A stretch of DNA of 62,457 bases, counting the filler, from Sphacelaria rigidula (lineage: Eukaryota), in the NCBI GenBank assembly GCA_964200075.2. It is 7 parts of 7 records of this genome, joined end to end, with 100 filler letters (N's around TTAATTAATTAA, not from the genome) between each part and the next. Parts side by side here need not be neighbours in the genome. Positions count along the whole stretch, not along the records: positions 1 to 8,838 come from CAXNAA020009979.1; positions 8,939 to 17,776 come from CAXNAA020009980.1; 5 more parts are not named here. One strand, written 5' to 3'. The translations under genes were made by a program, and so were the position numbers. Below are positions 1 through 12,249 of this stretch, one piece after another; the first letter of the stretch is position 1, and each line of letters starts with the position of its first letter. The notes under the pieces were generated by a model. The model did not search any database. It was not told the origin of the DNA and worked only from the letters and a program-made list of their open reading frames with translations.

Positions 1-445
1 GAAGATTTTAATCCTCCGGGTTCTCATCCTCAATGAAAATCTCCATCCTCAACATAGATGATCGGCTGTTATTATGCCGTACATTTTTATTTATTATTTA
101 TTATTTTAGTGGCGGTCCCATGCGTTACCACGTCGATCTGCAGGTCACACCGATATACTCAGGTCGGGCTGGTCTAGCAAACTTGATAAGTTATGGTGTG
201 ACATGCAAGTGCAGGATTTACCGCTGGCCCAGCCCGTAGCGCTATTTTTTGTTCATGTGTGTCATTTTGCGTCCGAAAGGGAGCTAGGGGAGCATTGACA
301 CTTTATAATGGCTTCCTATTCTGCACGAAAAAATACTCGAGGACACCTTGATTTTTTCTGGTAATGGAATTATTATTTTTTTACACACACACTTTCATCT
401 GCCAGAGTGGTCAAGTCCACACACGCGGCCGTTCGGCTACACCCC

Positions 446-732
446 AAAATGCCTCCGGAGGGATGCGCGGTCCTCCAGGGGGAAAACAAGCCTCCGGAGG
501 CCTTTAATCTCTCTGGAGGGGACCAAACTCTACCGACCCGGAGGGCCGCGCACCCCTCCGGAGGAATTTGGGGGTCTGCGCGGCCCTCCGGAGGCAAGAA
601 TATTCCCCCGGAGGCGTTCAATCCCTCTGGAGAGAACCAAAAACTCTCCTCTGGAGGGCCGCGAACCCCTCCGGAGGCGTTTAATTCCTCTGGAGGCTCG
701 AAAAGTGTACCCACCTGGAGGAAGTTTGGAGG
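446..732. repeat. Array of about 13 degenerate palindromic CCTCCGGAGG motifs spaced roughly 20 bp apart
   Basis: cctccggagg, cctctggagg and cccggagg variants recur from 451 to 722. The overlapping ORFs here (PPE/SGG repeats) are by-products of the array. Confidence 0.85.
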
Positions 733-1655
733 TAGCCAAATGGTCGCGTGTGCAGTGGAACAATCCGTGTCATGTTCGCATTTTTCGGTGGTCGAAGAAT
801 TGTTTCGACTGGGCTAGCATTTTCGTCTAAGAACAGTCGACACGAGTTGATAAGGGTCATGGATTTCTACACCTGACCACCACTTTATCCTAAACTCGAT
901 TGATGTTCATAGTTCTTGGACGAACATACAACTTCGGCAAAAAAAACAAGATACAAGCACCTCAATGCGTTCATGTGAAGTGACAGATTTTCCGACGATG
1001 AACGCAAGGCATATCGAGGAGGCGACATTCTCCCAGACATCACTCACGCCAAAAACGAAGAAGGAGAAAAAAAAACAGCCGTTCAACATGTGGTGTTTGC
1101 CGTAATAAGCGGTTGATGTGAAACTTGGCGAACCAGACGTGTGATGCGCAAGACCGTTGGTGACAAGACCCTCCGGTTCGATGCACATGGTGCAGTATCA
1201 AGGATGTCGGCGAGAGTGTGGCGAAGAACACCAGTCGATCTTTTTCGTCGGATCATTCAGCACAATAGTGATCGGGATGATTCCCGGCAGTTATCTCCTT
1301 GCGCAAACGCCATAGCGTTGAGGCGCGAGCGTTGGCAGTGCTGCACGGTAAATCGAAAGGTTGAATGACATACTAGGGTGACGATCAGACTAGTCGTGTT
1401 GCCTTGAAACACTCACTTCATTGACATCACCAGGTAGCCTCATGCACCACACGCGATTTGCTGACGGGCGTAGCCAGATCACCCCCAATACACTTTTGCA
1501 TACCACGGTGCACCGCACATCCACGAGCCATCATGGCCATGTACATGAGACACGGCTCATTACTACAGCGTGGAAAATACAACCTTGACTTGTACAGAAA
1601 CGTTTGCGCAATTTGCTACAGAAAGAACGGCCCCAATATTATCCGCAGACTGAAA

Positions 1656-4350
1656 TCAGAACGCGAAATCTTCCTCATTGCCGTCGCCCGCTGCCGATGC
1701 CGAGTCCTCTCCCTCCGACCCGCTGCATTCTGAATCAGGATCTCCGATCCAGATCCCGGCTGCAGAGTTGGACTTGTGTCTGACGGGTTTATCTAATCCG
1801 CCGTCGCAAAAGTAGCCACCGATGGGATCTTGTCCCGGATGCGCCCCCCCTACCCCCTGCCTCCTGCCGCCGTGCCAGTAACGCCCCTTACCATCGGTCA
1901 CACCAACAGGTGCCCCTGGCGCGTTGCTCGCTCCACTTGCCGCGCCCCTTCCGCGTGATGCAGCCGATTCGCCCCTTGCATGCTTCGCTGTTGAGCGTCC
2001 TTTCCCATTGCACGATTGCTCGCGTGCGCGGCCATTCACGCCGGCGGTTTCACTAATCGGATCTGGTCCCGAGTGCGCTCCCCCCACCACCTCCCCCCCG
2101 GCGCCGCGCCGGCGAGGCTCCTCACCATCAGTCGCATCAACAGGTGTCCTGCTTGCTCGAGATACCGCCCCCATTCCACGTGATGCAGTCGACCCACCCC
2201 TCGAATGCTTTGCTGTTGATCGGCTTCTTCCGTTTCGCGATTGGCCACGTGCACCGCTCTGTCCGTCGCCGGTTCCCTCAGCGGGATTCGCGGCGGCCGC
2301 TCGCGAAGGGGGCGGGGGCAGGAAGCAGCGACCCTGGCAACCGCAGCTCAGAGTGCAGTTGCCCAAACACCTGCAACTCCGGCATCTGTGTTTTGATGCC
2401 GCCCTTTCCGGGTTGCATGCACATCTGAGTATTTGCACGTTTCCGGATGTGTCGACGTATGTGTGACTCGACAAGTACACCACAATGTTAACGCGTGACA
2501 GCTCCTCCCCCGCTGTGCTCGACAATTTCACACGACCCTTGTGGTGAGTCCTCCTCTCAGGTTCTATGCCCCACCCGCGTCCGTTGAAGTTCACTGGGGG
2601 CATGCTGCGTAGGAAGCTTCCCCCCAGGTATTCGAACACCGCATCGGACTTACTGATGTGCTTCTTACAGGCGTCTAAGTCTGGGCAGCAGCGGGAAGGC
2701 TCCCGACCACCGCGCCTGGCGCCCGAGAGTCACAGAGCAGTGCGATCGCCCTGTGTTTTCCATACGATTGGGGGCTGGGCTCCTCTCCTACTGCGTCTTC
2801 GTCGCCGACGTGGCCGCCAGCAATTGCCCTCATATTTGACTTCGACACTGCAGGTTCTACGCCTGTCGGCCCAGAACTTCTCTCAACCACATTTGTGGCA
2901 TGTGCCGGGCGGGATGGCAGCCGCAGATACGCAGGTGTTTCGCTACCTGCCCGCGTGATATGCAACAACGCGTATGCGTGCAAGAACTTAGTTCTGTGCA
3001 ATATTTGACGTTTACTGAGTCAGAGTCGGGGAATCTTGTGCACATATATAATCCTATATATATTCCACGCATGCTCACGTCCTGCGTTTGGTCCGAAAGC
3101 CGCAGTCATCACCTGAAAGCAAGCAGTGAGGAGCGTGCGATCATCACCTGCGATAGCTCGCGGGGCTACTATAATAGTAAATTGAAGATGCTCTTCCCTC
3201 GGGATCGGTTCTGGTGTCGTATGTGACGCTCGGGCTGCCCCGGGCGGCGTCTCAGCAGGCGCCTGGACGTCACATCCCATGAGTTAGTCCTGGGGATCCT
3301 CCACATCTGCCGCGAGGGTATGTACAGGGGGGGGTGGTTAGGTGGAGAGTTGAACACCAACGCTTCTGACCGAGCGTGTCATCTACCCTGCCGTTCTCAT
3401 GTTTTCGCCTCCTGTGGCGACGGAGGTATATGTTCTTTGTCGCATGAAGCGGTCGCGGCGTCCTATCGTGATTCTGAAGTACCATGAAAAATGAGAAGTC
3501 GAAACCTATGTCCATGTCAACGACGGAAATCTCGACCCACGCCATCAGATAGTTATTTGATTCCGGGTGTCAGATTACTAAATTGGACTCCTTCTCCAGC
3601 TCGGGACAGGCACTAAGTGCGAGTTATACATTCGCTTGTGTACAACGCGAGCCGTCGATTTATTGCGGCCCCGCTGTTTTCAGAACGTGATGCAGATACG
3701 TCTTCATCACATTGCTTTATACACACTTGTACTCTATATAGCGTTTTCTTCGAAACAGGGAATTCTAAAAAATGAGGTTGCACGATGAAATAAGGTTCAA
3801 GCCCAAAACAGTGCCTTCCCCAGACTTTCCGCGATGGTGCCCGATGACTTTTTTGTCAGCCCAATGCCTCTCGATGGCGTAGATACTTCTTTTACGCATT
3901 TTACCGACTCTGTGAGCTTACGGCGGTGGCCGAAACCGTCGTTTCCCCTGATATCACCCCCCCCCCCCTAAAAAAATGAGGGAAAATGACGGTTCAGGGC
4001 AGCGGTGTATTTGCTATGGAAACATTGACCTCTCTAGGGGGTAAAAGGGCCCTCCCAGTCTCAGCCCTTGGCGTCATGCGAGCGCCGTGCTCCGCCAGGA
4101 CACCGGAGGTGAGGTTCGACAGGAGGGTGGTGGTGTTCGCCCAGGCTGCACGGATTCTGCATATGCTCCAAGCAGACAGCACCATTGTCGATGAAACTTG
4201 CGAGAGGAACTGCTTGTCAGCATATAAACACACCTCGATCGTCTTCGAGCCCACTCCTTCCACTTGGGCGATGCTTTCAGGTCCGCAGCTGAATGCACAC
4301 AAGGTGCGCGGAACCTCGGGTCGACATTAGGATATTTGCCATCATCCACC
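1656..4350 (-). mobile_element. Decayed AcademX-like DNA transposon, 3' part (XPG/PIN-like nuclease, H3TH, Cys-rich C-terminal domain)
   Basis: Minus-strand fragments fall in the expected order: VDDG and VCLYADKQ (about 4350-4200), ELEKESNLVI*H and VEISVVDMDI (about 3600-3510), LMGCD (about 3280), PSRCCPDLDACKKHISKSDAVFEYLGGSFLRSMPPVNFNGRGW (about 2700-2570), then CACNPERAASKHRCRSCRCLGNCTLSCGCQGRC. The last two resemble the LPPT..AL..H..R...W...P.P..GW motif and Cys cluster of Academ proteins. The frame is broken by stops and shifts. Confidence 0.55.
1820..2270 (-). repeat. Internal tandem duplication (about 0.2 kb unit) in the low-complexity tail of ORF 1656..2639
   Basis: GARGQSRNGRSRSTAKHSRGGSTASRG...DATDGE recurs as GRAREQSCNGKGRSTAKHARGESAASRG...GVTDGK; both units are followed by VGGAH..PDPI/QDPI. 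Confidence 0.8.
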
Positions 4351-5329
4351 GTTTCTCGCGGACACCGCGGAGGCGTCTATTTCTATATATGTATATATAT
4401 ATATTTTCCCCGGCGTAACACTGCTGGGTCTGCCAAGAAATCACCCCGTGTCAGATGACCATATCTTTTGAGCGGCACCGAGTCAGGGTAGGTTGCTCAT
4501 GTTGTTGTAATAGGCTAGTTAAGGCGGTCATGCGCAGCTATCTAAAGCTTAGGAACACGCCAAATTCATGTAGTGAAACCCGGGTCCCCGTGTTTGTACT
4601 TTTCTTAGTTTTTCATTTCTCGTGTGGGCTCTCAAAGAGTTTGCCACGTGCACCCGTAGAGTGGATTTTTGGACATCCAGCCCCGTCCCACCCGGGCGCG
4701 GGGTTAGTCCAACTTTTGGGGGCTCAAAAGTTGAAAATCTTGGGGAAAAAAACTGGGATAGGCGTTTTCATGATATCGTTACGGAGTGTTACTGCAGCGT
4801 TCATTATGGTATCTTGTTCCACGATGGTTGTAGTCACCTCGATATGGTGTGGCTTGATCTACGCGTAGTAGATTGAGTGTTGAGGGAACGGTCTTTGGTA
4901 CGTCCTCATTCGTGTGAAATGCGTGACTTATCCCGTGCGGGGTTGTGTGGACCGTACCGTTCTGGGTTTGTGGTGCCTATCATTTCATTTTCCTTTCTTT
5001 TTATTCTCTTTGGTTCCACTCTTCATCGAGGTGAGCGACTAACACGATACCTTATCCCAATCTCTGATCGGCTATCAGCTGTGTCCACCTTTGATCGGCT
5101 GTCCCAGCTGTGTCCGTCTTTGATCATCGGCTATCCCAGATTTACCCCTTGCGTTAATACACCGGATTTAGGAATAACTAAATGTTGGAATGCAGAGACT
5201 ATATTATAAAAAGGGCTCTTATGAGCTATGCGTAGAGTATGACACACGTAACCAATCGGCTCCTATCCAGCGTATGGTTTTTTCAACCGTTAGAGTATTT
5301 CGTGATACTGTGCTTCGGTTGCTGTTGCT

Positions 5330-5635
5330 TACTCGAGAGTATTTTCTGTCCTCTGTAATCCTCCGGAGGGCTTGATTCTCTCGAGAGGAAGATGTGCCCT
5401 CTAGAAGTTTCGCTACCGCATACTCTCGAAAATCTTGACCCTCTAGGGTATTTTTTTCTGAAATACTCTCGAGATGCAAGCCTTGTGGCAAGTAAACCCA
5501 GAGGAATATTTGCACACCCAAGTATATAATATATTCTAGAGTAACTTCGAGGGGAAGCCGATTTTCCACGTGTAGATCTTCACAGTATTTGACTTTTCGA
5601 GAGGCGTGTTTCTTCGAAACTTCTCGAAGAGCTGC
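5330..5635. repeat. Degenerate array of short palindromes (CTCGAG / CTCTAGAG / CTTCGAG-type)
   Basis: actcgagagt, ctctcgagag, cctctagaag, cctctaggg, ctctcgagat, ttctagagt and ttctcgaag recur at short spacing. Confidence 0.5.
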
Positions 5636-5889
5636 GGCATGCTTTTCCCAATAAACCACCCAAGTCTTCTTCACCTACGTCAGCTATAGTGAAGCTGTCC
5701 ACACGCTGTACTAGCTTTCTTCACTCACTTTAATACTACAGATATTGTGCCAGGATATAGGCCTCGCAACCCAAGATAATTTTGGGTCAACCTCCCCTCT
5801 CCGTCGAGGATATAACCCGCCGTGTAACGGAAAACCCGACCAGCTTCTGGCTGGATTACGTGCAGTGTATGCTCCCTTGTAGCCCAAGT

Positions 5890-6240
5890 GGTGAGAGCGC
5901 AGGGACCGATTGGAGAGGCTGAGCTTGGTGAAGGACTTATCGCACTTCTTGCATTTCTCATCAAGTACCGAGTTGCAGGTAAAGCGTGCATGCAGGAATT
6001 GCACGACAAAATCCTCTTCACGAGGGTGACCGCACGAGACGAATACGATTCTTCTCGTGTCAGTCAAGAGTTATGCCTCATATGTTCTGTACTTCTTGAA
6101 CTCTCCTACAGCGTAATTGACGCTCGTTGGAAGCACGCGTTGTTTACAGCATTGACTGACTCCCATTACGAGTCGCTGAAAGCTGTGATCCTTCGCGATC
6201 AGCAACGAGAGTGTTTTTTTACCTTTGATGGTGTCGATAC
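5890..6240 (+). mobile_element. Ty1/copia gag fragment, inverted paralog of the gag at 8220-8550
   Basis: LIKYRVAGKACMQELHDKILFTRVTARDEYDSSRVSQEL...KHALFTALTDSHYESLKAVILRDQQR aligns by eye with the reverse complement of 8220-8550 (LLTKYRLVAEVRMQELYDKISPTRMIAQDEYD...KHALFKALADSH). Confidence 0.7.
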
Positions 6241-6435
6241 ATTTTTACGTCCCGTGGTCAGTCTCCCCTCCTTTTGGTGTCCCTCGACATGTTCAAAGCT
6301 GGTGCAAGCTTACTCGTGTACGTGTTTCAGACTACCAAGGGACTTGCTTGATCATACCGCCATTGAAGGTTTTCCGTCCAAGACGTCAATGGGCGTGCAA
6401 TTACGAAAATACACCGGCTTCTTCACAGACTCAGC

Positions 6436-8816
6436 TCAAAGTGGGGCAGGAAGGTGAAGGACGCTCAGCATAAGGCTCCGAATGATGCCGAGGATGAGGT
6501 CAAAATCCTCGCTCTGTGATTGCGTCCCGTCGATAACTGTGCGGCGTATTATCGTAATTCTGATGCCTAAATCTATCTCTGATTGCGCGCAGCGATCTTC
6601 GAACTCTCCACCTCCATCAAACTTGATTGTGCCGCAAGATAGACACTCTGGGTCAACACCTTGCTCGATGATGAGCGAGAGTGCTTTTGCCGCGTTATCC
6701 GTGGACTTGATCGGTAACACTCATCGCATCCGCGAGCTACCATCAGTGGACATTGCGAGGAATCAGTATCCCCCGAATGATTCCACAGGATTCTTTCCCC
6801 ATCAACCGACGTGGATCAGTTCGATGTGCTTCTCGTTGTGGCGTCGATGCGAAATGGATGTGGCATTTCGACAGTGCACAACTATCGCGTTTACCCGACT
6901 TGACGTTCTGTGCAAACGGGGTTCCAGTAGTCTTATTGTCGGTGAGCTGTTTCAGCGAGCGGGAGTTGCAATGCCCCATCCGGCGATGCCAAATATCAGG
7001 CACGGCAACGGTATGCTAAGGCCGTTGCGGCTGCTCATTTAGCACCAGCGGGAAAACGAACATCCTTGGAATTGTAGTCGATAAGAGATACAGGGGTTGC
7101 CGCTATGAGTTGTCGGCGGTATGGAGATGAGTTATACGATCACCCCTCTCTTGTGCAACGCTCCCACGGACAAAATATTTGTATCTAGCTCCGGCACCAC
7201 CAGTACTTCCAGACTGACAGAAACTCGTGTCTCTTGGTCATTCAGAAGGCGGTTTATCAGCGTACCTTGCGTTCAGCAAGTGAGTGTCCGCACGACAAAT
7301 CCATGCGGACTCGGCAGCCGATTCTATCGACCACATGGCTTTTTAAAACTGGACTTTGTCGAGACCATGTGTGCCGTCGCAGCGCAGTCGATGAATTCAG
7401 TGTCGGCCCTTGCCGAGCTCGTCTTCTCCTCCGTCATGATGGGAAACGCTGAGCGAAATTCTGCAGGGCTGGGGAGGTCTTGTTCTTGCATTAGCAGGCT
7501 CGCGGGCCCATCAACCTTGGTGACAATCGCCGTTGTTGCGGTATTCGTGCCCAAGCGTTCGATACTCGAGCGGCAACAAGTATGGTCGCCGTTGAAGATC
7601 TGGGGATGCCAGATGATATATTTCGGCACCGTGGTCACCGTGACGTCCTCGTCAAAGTGTTCAGCGCTCGGTTGGCCACCATCGTGGTCGCCTATCACAA
7701 TCTTGAAGTCCGTGGCACCAGATTTTTCCTCTTGACCTACAGCCGGTGTACACCAGTCGTGAGAGGTTGTCTACGATACGGAGGGATTCAACGCAACGTT
7801 GGCGTAGTGCGTTGGTGGAGTCTCGTCGTCCACGGGGTTGTGCTCCTGACGCAGTGGGTACCCTTACCAGTGGTGCTCGATTGACACGCGATAGTATCGG
7901 CAATGCCTCTGACAATGCACTCCGCTTCGAACGTTCCGACATTCTCCCTGACTGGAAATCGAAGAGTTGCCAGTTTGACCAGTTTGTCCACTTGTCCCGC
8001 TGATGCTACTTGATACGTCAAAAGGGTTCGAAGATCTCCCTGAGTTGGTGTTCCGATCTCATCCGCGTCCGCGTGTACGATCGTTGCTGCGGCGACCACC
8101 ACGGTCGCTCTCATGCGTGACGGGGTTTAGTGCGGGTTTGACGTTCGAGCCTCCGCGTGATCGACTGCCTGCCTGTATCTTCCTCCGAAGTTGAAGAGCA
8201 TACAATTCAGAAGCCTGCGATAGGGCACCGTCGAAGGTAGCAGCACAATCTCGTTGCTGATCGCAAAGGATCGTAGCTTTCAGCGACTCTAGTGGGAGTC
8301 AGCCAATGCTTTGAACAACGCGTGCTTCTGGCCAGCGTCGACTGTGCTTTGTCAGAGTTCAGAGAGCTCGAAAAGCATACGGCGTAACTCTCGAATGACA
8401 CAAGAATAATCGTATTCATCTTGTGCGATCATCCTGGTAGGGGAGATTTTGTCATACAATTCCTGCATGCGCACTTCAGCTACAAGTCGGTACTTGGTGA
8501 GAAGTGCAAGATGCGCACCACGTCTGCCACCAAACTCAACTGTTCTCCGCAGTCAATGTCCGAGCTGTACCCTATCCCGAGGTCAATCGTCCCCTTTAAG
8601 TTCCTCGTGGCCTGCTTCGGTCTCACTAAGGCCTTCGGTCATGGGCTCGACGTTCTCCTCGCCGGCACCATGGCCGCATATGTTATGTAGGGTCTTGTGT
8701 ATTTGCCCAGGTAGAGCAAAGCTCCGGTAGCTAAACGGAAGTTGTTCGTGTCTCCTGGCGGAAAGACACAACAACAAATTGTGCGAATTGAGGTTTAACT
8801 CCGAGATGAGGTTCAA
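6436..8816 (-). mobile_element. Truncated, pseudogenised Ty1/copia LTR retrotransposon (gag, protease, GAG-pre-integrase, partial integrase)
   Basis: gag about 8550-8220; protease motif FIDCAATAHM (about 7400-7360); VLVVPELDTNILSVGAL (about 7210-7155); DIWHRRMGHCN (about 6995-6960); integrase core IKSTDNAAKAL...IKFDGGGEF (6720-6595). No RT or RNaseH is seen. Confidence 0.85.
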
Positions 8817-8838
8817 GCCTAAAACGGTGCTTTCCCCA

Positions 8839-8938
8839 NNNNNNNNNNNNNNNNNNNNNNNNNNNNNNNNNNNNNNNNNNNNTTAATTAATTAANNNNNN
8901 NNNNNNNNNNNNNNNNNNNNNNNNNNNNNNNNNNNNNN
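8839..8938. other. Artificial contig spacer (44 N + TTAATTAATTAA + 44 N). Identical spacers at 17777-17876, 26714-26813, 35651-35750, 44588-44687 and 53524-53623
   Basis: Identical 100-bp structure with a six-frame stop linker; the contigs between spacers are 8838-8836 bp and sorted by length. Confidence 0.97.
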
Positions 8939-9009
8939 ATATGCCACTTCAGCCCCATATTTTGTATGAACCCCAAAATATAAAATCGGCTGTTTTTTCT
9001 GTAGAACGT

Positions 9010-9495
9010 AGCTGGCCCCTGAGACCCTTAATATCTCTGAGTAGGATATCAACGTGTAAGTGTAAACACACGCAAGTGATAGAGGCAAAGAAAATAACAC
9101 GGGATAAAAAAATGGCCAAGTTAAAGCGGATGATCAAAACCACTCTCGATCCGCGCTCTACTCCCAATCTCACGAAAACGTTGTTGGGAGCGAAATTGCT
9201 AATCCTTCCTCGCGACATACATAATGTTTTCGTGAGATTGAGAATAGAGGGTACGATTGAGAGTGAAAAGCGGCCAACTAGGTAATGGACCGTCTCAGTT
9301 CCGAAATGCCCCTCCACGAGGCCCAATATTCTCTCTCTAGTAACTTGCCACTGAGGCCCTTGATGTCCTTGAGTAGGATATCGACGTGTAGCTGTAAGCA
9401 CACGCCAGTGATGGAGGCAAAGAAAGGCAAACGTTAAAGCGAGTGATCAAAGCTACTCTTAATCCGCGCTTTACTCTCAATCTCACGATAAAAAA
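9010..9495. repeat. Diverged direct duplication (about 9010-9182 vs 9342-9492) with an inverted copy of its tail (about 9140-9182 vs 9225-9268)
   Basis: gagtaggatatc.acgtgta...gttaaagcg..tgatcaaa..actct..atccgcgct.tactc.caatctcacga occurs twice; gttttcgtgagattgag is the reverse complement of the tail of the first copy. Confidence 0.75.
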
Positions 9496-10059
9496 ACGGG
9501 AGAAAGCAAATACATGAAGAATAAGAGGAAATACACAAACAAACAAAGAGACAAGAAAGAGAACACAAAACACGGTTTCTCCTGCAACCTGCACGATACA
9601 AAAAGGAGAGACGCAGCCGCAGTCTCATCCCCCCCTATACGACGGGATACGCTTTGCTATTTTTTCGAGAGCAGACGCGAAAAATGTTCTACACCAAGAC
9701 TTATACTTCCCGCACGTACTGCGTTGTTTACACCACGAGGCATAACACCCCCTTTCTCCGACCCGCCCCACCCACGAATAAAGTTCAATTTGTTCCTCAA
9801 TTTCCCCCAGCGGAATCATAAGATCCACGACCTCTGGAAGACGCCCAACACCCTGCGGAAAGATCCCGAACCGCCGATAACACAATGACTTCTCCGACAC
9901 GGCGTGGAAGCATGTGGCGCGTGACCGCGCATAGCATGGCTTGTGGTCACCGTGGAGCGTACAAGAGCCGCGGCGCCCCAAAACCACGTGGTCAAGAACT
10001 ATACTGGGCTTTAAGTCAGAGTAGAGTATGACATGCTGGTCTTTTCACGCTCTGGACAA

Positions 10060-10285
10060 AACATGGTCGATAGTTGCAGTGGACAAAAATATACTGCGTG
10101 AAGTATAGGCGTATTGCAAGTGTTGACCACAGATGGTCAGTAGTTGCAAGACAGAAAATATACTGCGTAAAGTCCAGACCTGTTATAACTATTGACCACA
10201 TTTATATGGTGTCGACAATAGTTGCAGTAAGTAAATACTTTGGGCGGCACACTTTTTGTCTATTGCAACGATTGACCATATATTG
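10060..10285. repeat. Dispersed repeat built from inverted ATGGTCAATAGTTGCA / TTGCAACTATTGACCA motifs; related copy at 61795-61940
   Basis: The motif appears in both orientations several times at each of two loci, on different contigs. Confidence 0.7.
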
Positions 10286-12059
10286 TCATGATCCAGGGTA
10301 TGGATCTCTCAAAGGGGCCATCACAGTGCCAGGCGATCGCCCAGGGTGCGTGCAACGCGTGCACAACTACGCGTTGGGCTCAAATCGACGCCTCAGCTAC
10401 TGGGCAGGCGCGGATTTTAGCCAAAACAAAATCCACTTTGCTCGGAACCTTGTTGATCATACACCACACCCCCAATCCCCCGAAGATTGTTGGTCTGGCC
10501 CTCTGCCTTTTGGGGTTGTTGACGTTTGGGATGTACATAATAGGGTCAGTGGGAAGATTTGGCGGGGGGAAAATGAACAAATCAATGTCATTAAACACTG
10601 TACTCGGACCGCACTCCAGCGCGGAACTGGTGGAAGAAGGACGCCTCCTTGTGGTTCACGTCACACTCAGGGTAGGGGTGCACTTTTGGGGTCAAAATAT
10701 GTCTGAGACTGCACACTAAGGCCCAGATATTTTTCATCAAGGTACCCCTACAACAAAGAGCCCCAGAACAAAAAAACGTATCCCTACTCGTAGCATTGCT
10801 GAACAACCCCTCCCCCCCCTCGGACAGAGTCTGTGGTCTGAAAGGATCATCAACCCATCTCTCACCCGGTACGCACCTAACCTTGCATTGTTGATCTCGC
10901 GGATTGGATTATGACCAGCACTCTCGCATCGCCTCGAGTGTCGTGAACAAAAAAACCACGTTCGAACAAACTCCTTTTGCTACTCACGTACGTCCTTGCG
11001 TACGTCCTTACGTTTTGACGCTATCAGCGGTGGACAATGATATACCTTTAAAAAAAAAGAACGAATGCATCCGGCGGAAATCAAACCCCGCGTTCGTTCC
11101 ACCCTAGTGGTGTCAGTTGTATTATTCCGCAAGGCGATGTTACAGTGCATATGTATCAGCGGTACATTCTACCCCCCTGTACCTCTCTCTCCCCCCTCTG
11201 AAAAGTACCCCCGGCTCAATGACTGGATGATGACAAGTTTTCGTCTATTCGTTCTTGTACACGGGTACGTTGTATACCACCCCTGGATACCCTCCGCGAG
11301 GTGAAAATCTTTATTTTATCCGTGAAACCAATCCGGCACCTACAGCTCCGTACCGAGGTACGTTGAATATCACCCCTCCCGCGCGCGCTCGCGGGCGCGC
11401 CACGAGGCCATCCCCGGATGATGGACGTGCCTTTTTTCGGACTCCAAGAACTTGATCACCCAAACACGGCCTATACCCGACCAAAAACGTGCGGTACTGC
11501 GTGCAAGGCCAGCCGCGGCTGTTTTGAAGGGATGGGGGAAGGGGGGGTGGTGGCGGAAGAAGACAAGATGACGAGCTTGTTGATCGCGAACTCGTGTGTG
11601 TACGCCTTGTTGACACGCGAGAGTACTCGCGCTATGTACTGTACGCTTGCGCTACGGGCTCTTGTTGTCTTTTTGTAACTCGCTCGCGAGCTTCGCTTGT
11701 GCGATCTTCGATACCCCACGACCACGACCACGCCCGGCCGGTTTGCTCGGCTGCGGCGGAGGTTTTCGTGGCTCTTTACCGCTGCTCGTCACGCGGAACT
11801 TGGGCAAGAACTGCCACACCTGTTTTTTGTGTTTTCACGTAATTTGATTTTTGTAGCACGCCGGGGAGGCGAGAGAGGAGAAAGACGGGGGGGGGGGGCA
11901 CAAGGGAGCGGGTGGAGTGTATTGGCGACTGCTTCTAGAGCTTTCAAGCTGCTCGAGTGGCTTGAATCCGTCATACTCCACAAGGAAAAACTGTCTCACG
12001 AGAAATAGTTATCGAACAAATACCACTCGGTTACCACGTTTTGTTTTTTTCATTATAGT

Positions 12060-12097
<38 letters not shown>

Positions 12098-12249
12098 CCC
12101 GCCCCGCGCTCACCGACCCCCCCCCCCACCACCGGACCCCCCCCCGCNNNNNNNNNNCTCTGCTAAGAGAAATAGTTTTCGAACAAATACCCCTCCGTTA
12201 CCCCCTTTTGTTTTTTTCATTTTAGGGCCCCCCCCCCCCCCCCTCCTAG

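Noticed and set aside
348-830. Overlapping ORFs on both strands
   Set aside because: They arise from the GC-rich palindrome array and have no domain signal.
8883-8894. Recurrent TTAATTAATTAA motif as a biological site
   Set aside because: It is always centred in exactly 44+44 Ns, which marks it as a synthetic six-frame stop linker.
12060-12245. Long poly-C tracts and a poly-Pro ORF
   Set aside because: Low-quality sequence around an internal N gap, with a locally duplicated flank; probably an assembly artefact.
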